Below, one piece after another: positions 55,071 through 59,719 of a stretch of 59,719 nt of DNA (its first letter is position 1; every line of letters begins with the position of its first letter). The stretch lies in NCBI GenBank assembly GCA_964556475.1, contig CAZKVU010000005.1, positions 1 to 59,719 of the forward strand, given 5' to 3'. This DNA is from an uncultured Gammaproteobacteria bacterium (lineage in GTDB: Bacteria; Patescibacteriota; Microgenomatia; UBA1406; HO2-37-13b). The notes beneath the pieces were generated by a model, which was not told where the DNA came from, did not search any database, and worked only from the letters and a program-made list of their open reading frames with translations. Position numbers and translations under genes: made by a program.

Positions 55071-55562
55071 TTATGGGTACGTTATGTTTAAAGTAGCTAT
55101 TTGAGCATCAGAAAGACCGATTGACTTCATCCAACTTAATGCATTTTTTTGGGCCGTTGTTGAATTATTTTTACTTGAAACAATAAACGTTATTGTTTCA
55201 TTATTCCCTTCACCTAATACTGCCTTCATTGAGAATGACGCTTCTTCATGAGGAAGTTTATTAAAAAGATATGCATCAGGGCTATTTTCGAGTTGTGATT
55301 TATCAATTTGTTCATCATCGTCAATCCTTTTGCTGTAATCAAGGTCAATCGGTGATTCTGTTGGCGAGGGGTTTTGACTATTATTTTGCTGCAGGATATT
55401 ATCGCTATTTTGAATGAGCGTTTTTGTCGGCGTGCGATTAACATCACTAAGTGACGAATTTATTTTTTTTTCAGTGCGCTTATTAAGGATAAAGAATAAA
55501 GTAAGTATAAATATAAAGAAAATAATAAGAGCAATTCCCGATAAAATGAGTTTGTTTCTCAT
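55071..55562 (-). CDS. Hypothetical membrane-anchored protein
   Basis: 163 aa with an N-terminal TM and an Asn/Ser/Gln-rich linker. No family recognised. Confidence 0.45.
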   Translation of the reverse strand: MRNKLILSGIALIIFFIFILTLFFILNKRTEKKINSSLSDVNRTPTKTLIQNSDNILQQNNSQNPSPTESPIDLDYSKRIDDDEQIDKSQLENSPDAYLFNKLPHEEASFSMKAVLGEGNNETITFIVSSKNNSTTAQKNALSWMKSIGLSDAQIATLNITYP

Positions 55563-55569
55563 AGTTATA

Positions 55570-56811
55570 TTATAGTCTTAGAAAACCACCAAAACTTGAA
55601 TCATTTGTTGTATACATTCTAGCGTTAAGACGAGCACATCCACTGCATCCCCTATTTGCTTCTGCGACAAAGAATTTATTGCCATCGACTACTCGAGTAA
55701 CGTATGCAATATGCCCACAATCTTGATAAGGCTTTCCATCAGGTGCACAATTAACACCGGTATGTGTCCAGACTGCTAAATCATTAACTTGAGGTTTCCC
55801 GCCTGAGGCTGCGCTGAAATAGGTGTATGGCGACCTGTTCGCTGCATACGAAGCTGCATTACCCGTGTGATTTGAATTTAAACCTTGCTGAGCTGCGATT
55901 GCTCCTTTGACAAAACCAACGCATTGTAATCCACCAATAGAATGAAATGCGTTAGCTGAATTCATGATTTTTGTTTGGGCGAGTTCGTCATTTTTAGATC
56001 CAATGGTAAATCCTTTCATACACAATGAGTTTTTTCCATCAACCCTTCCACCCGAACATTGCTGCATAATAAATTCTGCGAGTTTGTTTGCAAAGTTGGC
56101 ATCAGCACTAGATGGCGCTTTTGGTTGGGGGGGTGTAGGGTTTTCTGGTGAAGGACCTCCAGGTGTTACAGTCGGTGGATTGGATGCCTTTTTTGATCTT
56201 TCAGCCGCTCCGTCTTCTCCTTCACATTTGTAGAAATTGCAATAGACGTCGTTAATAATATCAACAGAACCATTCTCTGACGTTGATAAATTAAACAGAT
56301 TAGCCCCTCCTAAAGGGTCGCTATTAGTGCATCGCGTACCTGTATCGATTACAGAACGAGAAAGCAACTCAGGTCCTTCATATAGCTCTAATTCAACAGT
56401 TCCGCAATTAACACTTTGATGTTTAACCGAATGAATGGATTCAGCAGCACTTATTGTTAAGTTACCATGATCAAGTTCGTGATTGAAATTAACTCTTTTA
56501 TTTTGTTCACACTTTGAGTCGTAGCTTTGATTGTAGACTTCATCTGATAAATCGCACCAGTTAATTTTATACTCAAGATTGGTAGTATTTGAGAAATGTT
56601 TAGCAAAAACAGCCACGCTCCATTCCCATTCTTTAGTAGTAGACTTTGGTGCTGAAACTATGCGAAATTGAACATCATAATTTTCACTTGCACTGGCGCT
56701 TCCTGTTATATCTTGAATGTACTGAAATCCAGCATATCCAATGGTCACAACAAAAATCGCCAAAAAAGGTATGAGATTTTTGAAAATATTTTTATTGCTT
56801 AGATTGTCCAT
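55570..56811 (-). CDS. CHAP-domain peptidoglycan hydrolase with N-terminal TM and unknown Cys-containing domain
   Basis: 413 aa with a Pro-rich linker (PPTVTPGGPSPENPTPPQPK). The C-terminal CHAP-like domain has the nucleophile GGLQCVGFVKG and His in CGHIAYV. Confidence 0.65.
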   Translation of the reverse strand: MDNLSNKNIFKNLIPFLAIFVVTIGYAGFQYIQDITGSASASENYDVQFRIVSAPKSTTKEWEWSVAVFAKHFSNTTNLEYKINWCDLSDEVYNQSYDSKCEQNKRVNFNHELDHGNLTISAAESIHSVKHQSVNCGTVELELYEGPELLSRSVIDTGTRCTNSDPLGGANLFNLSTSENGSVDIINDVYCNFYKCEGEDGAAERSKKASNPPTVTPGGPSPENPTPPQPKAPSSADANFANKLAEFIMQQCSGGRVDGKNSLCMKGFTIGSKNDELAQTKIMNSANAFHSIGGLQCVGFVKGAIAAQQGLNSNHTGNAASYAANRSPYTYFSAASGGKPQVNDLAVWTHTGVNCAPDGKPYQDCGHIAYVTRVVDGNKFFVAEANRGCSGCARLNARMYTTNDSSFGGFLRL

Positions 56812-56854
56812 ATAACTGTGCTAGTATCACAATACTTTTATTATGTTACGATAT

Positions 56855-57592
56855 TTATGATTTATTTTTCCCAAGTTCTTCTGCGACCATGACGTTCGCG
56901 CGAAGCAGTTCATCGAACGATGTTCCAGCATCAACCCACCAGCCATCCATTACATCACAATACATTGTACCTTCTGCGACGTACTGATTGTTTAAATCAG
57001 TTACTTCAAGTTCACCGCGTGCACTTGGATTAAGATGTCGTATAAAATCAAACGCCCTTGAATCGTACATGTATATACCGGTTTGTGCAAGATCTGACTT
57101 TGGATGTTCTGGCTTTTCTTCTATTGAGAGCACTTTTCCATCCTGTCCCATTTCAATGACACCATACTGTTTTGATTCTGTTGGCATACTTTTTGCAAAG
57201 CAGAAAGCGCCTTTTTCCATTTGCTTAAAACGTTCAACAGCTTCTTTTAATGAGTGACTAAAAATATTGTCTCCTAAAATAACGGTAAATTTATCTCCAC
57301 CGACAAAATCTTCGCCAAGAAGTATCGCCTCTGAGATTCCACCAGGTTTATCTTGAATAGCATATGAAAGTTTGAGCCCAAATTCACCACCTGACTTTAA
57401 CAAACTTATGAAGTGCCCACAGTGGTCTGGTGAACTCGTGATGAGAACATCGGTAATTCCAGCCGTACTCATAGCCTGCAGGGCGTAATAAATCATCGGC
57501 TTATCATATACCGGTAACAAATGTTTATTCGTAACGTAAGTGAGCGGTCTCAGTCTGGTTGCCATGCCTCCTGCTAGAATGATTCCCTTCAT
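56855..57592 (-). CDS. Sugar-1-phosphate nucleotidyltransferase (glucose-1-phosphate thymidylyl/uridylyltransferase-like)
   Basis: MKGIILAGGMATRLRPLT signature; 245 aa. Confidence 0.8.
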   Translation of the reverse strand: MKGIILAGGMATRLRPLTYVTNKHLLPVYDKPMIYYALQAMSTAGITDVLITSSPDHCGHFISLLKSGGEFGLKLSYAIQDKPGGISEAILLGEDFVGGDKFTVILGDNIFSHSLKEAVERFKQMEKGAFCFAKSMPTESKQYGVIEMGQDGKVLSIEEKPEHPKSDLAQTGIYMYDSRAFDFIRHLNPSARGELEVTDLNNQYVAEGTMYCDVMDGWWVDAGTSFDELLRANVMVAEELGKNKS

Positions 57593-57604
57593 AATTTAAT
57601 GTAC

Positions 57605-57895
57605 TTAATTGAATAATAATGTTCGGAACACAAAAAATGCCAGTGCTCCAATTATTAAGTATTCTAACACAATTTTGAGGTGCAAAGATTGGTCTCGAGC
57701 GTGGTGAATGAGCGCCCACGAGATATAGTACAGGATAAACAGGCTCGCGATAATAAATTGTTTAGAATGCTGACCTCTGAAAATTGCTAAAAATACAACA
57801 AAGAAAATACCTGACGTAATCAGTAAGAGATATTCAAAGATATGGTGTTTAATATCGTTTTCGGCTTTTGTCATCATGTTTTTTTCACGCATCAT
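57605..57895 (-). CDS. Hypothetical small membrane protein
   Basis: 96 aa with 3 hydrophobic segments. Confidence 0.4.
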   Translation of the reverse strand: MMREKNMMTKAENDIKHHIFEYLLLITSGIFFVVFLAIFRGQHSKQFIIASLFILYYISWALIHHARDQSLHLKIVLEYLIIGALAFFVFRTLLFN

Positions 57896-57904
57896 AGTAC
57901 AAGT

Positions 57905-58870
57905 TTATAGTATCGAACCAATTTTAATAATATAGACGCCGATAAAAATAGCTACAAGGAAAACAATATGCGCAAGATTTTTACCTGTGACGCGCACAAG
58001 TTTCAATCTTATTGCAATCACAAGATCCATAATAAGCACTGCAAGGAGTAACCCGATGAGAACTGTTGTTGAGTTAAATGTTGCTTTGTTGATGTTGAAT
58101 GACTTGTCAGCTGCTTCAACTGGAGGTACTAATGAACCTTGAACAAATTGAGCAAACGTTGTGGCTGTTGGCTCGGTTGTAGGCTCTGTTGTAGGAATTG
58201 AAGAAGGAACAATTTTTTGTGCAATTTTTTGCACGACTGTTGGTTGGGCATTTTCCTGCTGAACTACTTGAGTGGGTTGAGCTATTTCTTCCGCCTGAGC
58301 AACTGGCACAATCGGGTTGCTCTGCTGTGGTGTTCCGAACATTTGAACAACAAGAGTTGTGTCTTCCCCGAGTAAATTACCGTTTTGAACTGCAAAGCCG
58401 ATTTCAGTATATTCTGAACGAAGTATGTTTGCGCGATGACTCGGAGAGTTCATCCACGCATTCACAACATCATCAGAGAACATGTAGTTATATGCAAGAT
58501 TTTCACCCGCAAACTTATATTTATAGCCCGAATTATTGATAAAATCCCATGGAGATGTTCCATCTGGCGCAAAATGATCCCAATAATTGTTGGTAAACAT
58601 GTGTTGGGCTTTTCCTTGAGCTGCAGAAGTAAGCTGGCCATTGAGTGAAAGTGCACCGAGCCCGGCATTTCTCCGTTCCTCATTTGTTCTATCTAAAAGT
58701 CGCTGAATGGTGATGTCTGTTGCGATTCCAAGTACTGCTGGTCGAGAAAAAGTAAAACTAAATATCGTGAAGAAAACAAGAATACCGGTTAGGACATCAA
58801 GATGTAGCGCACGCGCTCTAAAGTTATTCTTATGTGAGGGAATAAGTAAGTGGTGAAGGGCGTTATACAT
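57905..58870 (-). CDS. CAP (SCP/PR-1-like) domain protein with N- and C-terminal TM segments
   Basis: NEERRNAGLGALSLNGQLTSAAQGKAQHM ... AGENLA ... WMNSPSHRANIL. A second CAP paralogue lies at 14458-15330. Confidence 0.7.
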   Translation of the reverse strand: MYNALHHLLIPSHKNNFRARALHLDVLTGILVFFTIFSFTFSRPAVLGIATDITIQRLLDRTNEERRNAGLGALSLNGQLTSAAQGKAQHMFTNNYWDHFAPDGTSPWDFINNSGYKYKFAGENLAYNYMFSDDVVNAWMNSPSHRANILRSEYTEIGFAVQNGNLLGEDTTLVVQMFGTPQQSNPIVPVAQAEEIAQPTQVVQQENAQPTVVQKIAQKIVPSSIPTTEPTTEPTATTFAQFVQGSLVPPVEAADKSFNINKATFNSTTVLIGLLLAVLIMDLVIAIRLKLVRVTGKNLAHIVFLVAIFIGVYIIKIGSIL

Positions 58871-59240
58871 TTTTTTTTAGCTTAAACTTTTGTAGTATAA
58901 AAAATGATACGCCTAAAATGCCAACGCTGTCAATTAAAACATCCCTCAAAGTACCGGTTCGTGATGGTATGTACGTCTGATGAAATTCGTCGGTGAATGC
59001 ATAAAAAAGTGAGATACAAATAGCATAGACTAGACTTTGTTTAAGAGATAATTTTTCGGAATAAAATGCCCTGAATAAAAGTGTGTTCAAAATTGCATAT
59101 TCAGTTATATGAAGCGTTTTGAAGAATGCAAAGTCAGTCCAATAGCTTTCTGTTAATGTAACGCGTGTCCGGGATGACATGAGAAAAATAATAATCATCC
59201 AGGCAAATGCTGGGAGCCAATAGTAAACAAACTTACGCAT
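58863..59240 (-). CDS. VanZ family membrane protein
   Basis: 125 aa with TDEFHQTYIPSRTGTLRDVLIDSVG. Confidence 0.65.
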   Translation of the reverse strand: MRKFVYYWLPAFAWMIIIFLMSSRTRVTLTESYWTDFAFFKTLHITEYAILNTLLFRAFYSEKLSLKQSLVYAICISLFYAFTDEFHQTYIPSRTGTLRDVLIDSVGILGVSFFILQKFKLKKNV

Positions 59241-59719
59241 ATATTTTTGTACTTATATATACTATACACGAAATGAATGGCGCATGTAAGAAGGGTACAG
59301 AATAGCCCTATTCGTGCATAATGTATGCTTGGATGTTCCTGAATTTTCTCAAGACTATATGTTTTACCTACTACTGTGGGTGTTGGTTTTACATAAGGAG
59401 TTGGTATGGTTATTCCGGAATAAATTGAGGATTGCTTTTCTTGTATAAGGGTTGGTGTTCGTGGTGTGATGGGTGGAATTAGAGGAGAAATATTTACCTC
59501 ATCACTTGTTGATTTAATAGGCAAAGTGGTGTTTTCATTTGTAAGATTAAAACAAGGCAAGTTTGTTAAACGGCGTGTAATTTCAGTGATGCAGCTGTTA
59601 TGCGATGAGAAAGATGTTCGGCTCAGTGATAATCCTTGCTCCGATGATGTGTATGTCATTTCATCAACAATTATTCCAGATGGAGACAATAATCGAATTT
59701 CATCACCGCCGTTATTAAA
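59195..59719 (-). CDS. Hypothetical protein, 3' part; N-terminal portion (outside window) ends in a lamin-tail-domain-like motif
   Basis: The reading frame stays open to the window edge (FNNGGDEIRLLSPSGIIVDEMTY, an LTD-like end motif). The track 'start' at 59689 is an internal TTG. Confidence 0.5.
   Translation of the reverse strand, partial: FNNGGDEIRLLSPSGIIVDEMTYTSSEQGLSLSRTSFSSHNSCITEITRRLTNLPCFNLTNENTTLPIKSTSDEVNISPLIPPITPRTPTLIQEKQSSIYSGITIPTPYVKPTPTVVGKTYSLEKIQEHPSIHYARIGLFCTLLTCAIHFVYSIYKYKNICVSLFTIGSQHLPG

Noticed and set aside
1-59719. Alternative genetic code (UGA as Gly or Trp, as in some CPR lineages and mycoplasmas)
   Set aside because: Conserved full-length proteins terminate at TGA at the expected length (for example the hydrolase ending at 1797 and apbE ending at 13714). 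No conserved gene is broken by in-frame TGA.

Overview
A 59.7-kb, AT-rich, gene-dense chromosomal segment with about 65 protein genes, one tRNA, and no rRNA, CRISPR array, transposase or integrase that I could see. TGA is used as a stop codon, so this is the standard code 11. Gene content points to a small-genome Patescibacteria/CPR-like bacterium. This is inference only, based on T4SS-pilin-like small proteins, sortase, CAP/LTD/VanZ envelope proteins, many archaeal-type enzymes and almost no Shine-Dalgarno sequences.

Contents, left to right:
- A desaturase fragment, then a DNA-repair-rich stretch: DenV-like glycosylase, xseAB, an AlkD-like protein, and an EndoQ-like PHP nuclease next to a short UvrD-like helicase.
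- A G+C-rich gene for a disordered protein.
- An FMN-binding protein with ApbE.
- tkt and an alpha-glucan cluster (GH15, glycogen-synthase-like GT, GH57).
- tRNA-Gln.
- A redox/envelope group: VKOR, SIMPL, msrB.
- One roughly 7.9-kb co-directional gene string running from an ECF sigma/anti-sigma pair straight into a complete archaeal-style mevalonate pathway: class I HMGR, HMGCS, thiolase, a DUF35 protein, two GHMP kinases and a decarboxylase.
- Two tandem pilin-like genes, uppS, Fic, and an archaeal/eukaryotic-type ATP-dependent DNA ligase.
- A 487-bp intergenic region containing a perfect DnaA box, a promoter, a micro-ORF and degenerate repeats.
- A DUF2298 'YYY' membrane protein, then valS-rpmH-yidC-jag.

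The best candidate for an undescribed system is 48.0-56.8 kb. A near-consensus promoter drives a small TM ORF that is translationally coupled to a 1355-aa tail-anchored orphan protein, followed by a Cys-rich pilin-domain fusion. These face a convergent arm encoding a 577-aa polytopic membrane protein, a membrane-anchored protein and a CHAP peptidoglycan hydrolase. I could not see an ATPase in this region.

All family calls rest on motifs I recognise by eye in the supplied translations. No database search was possible.
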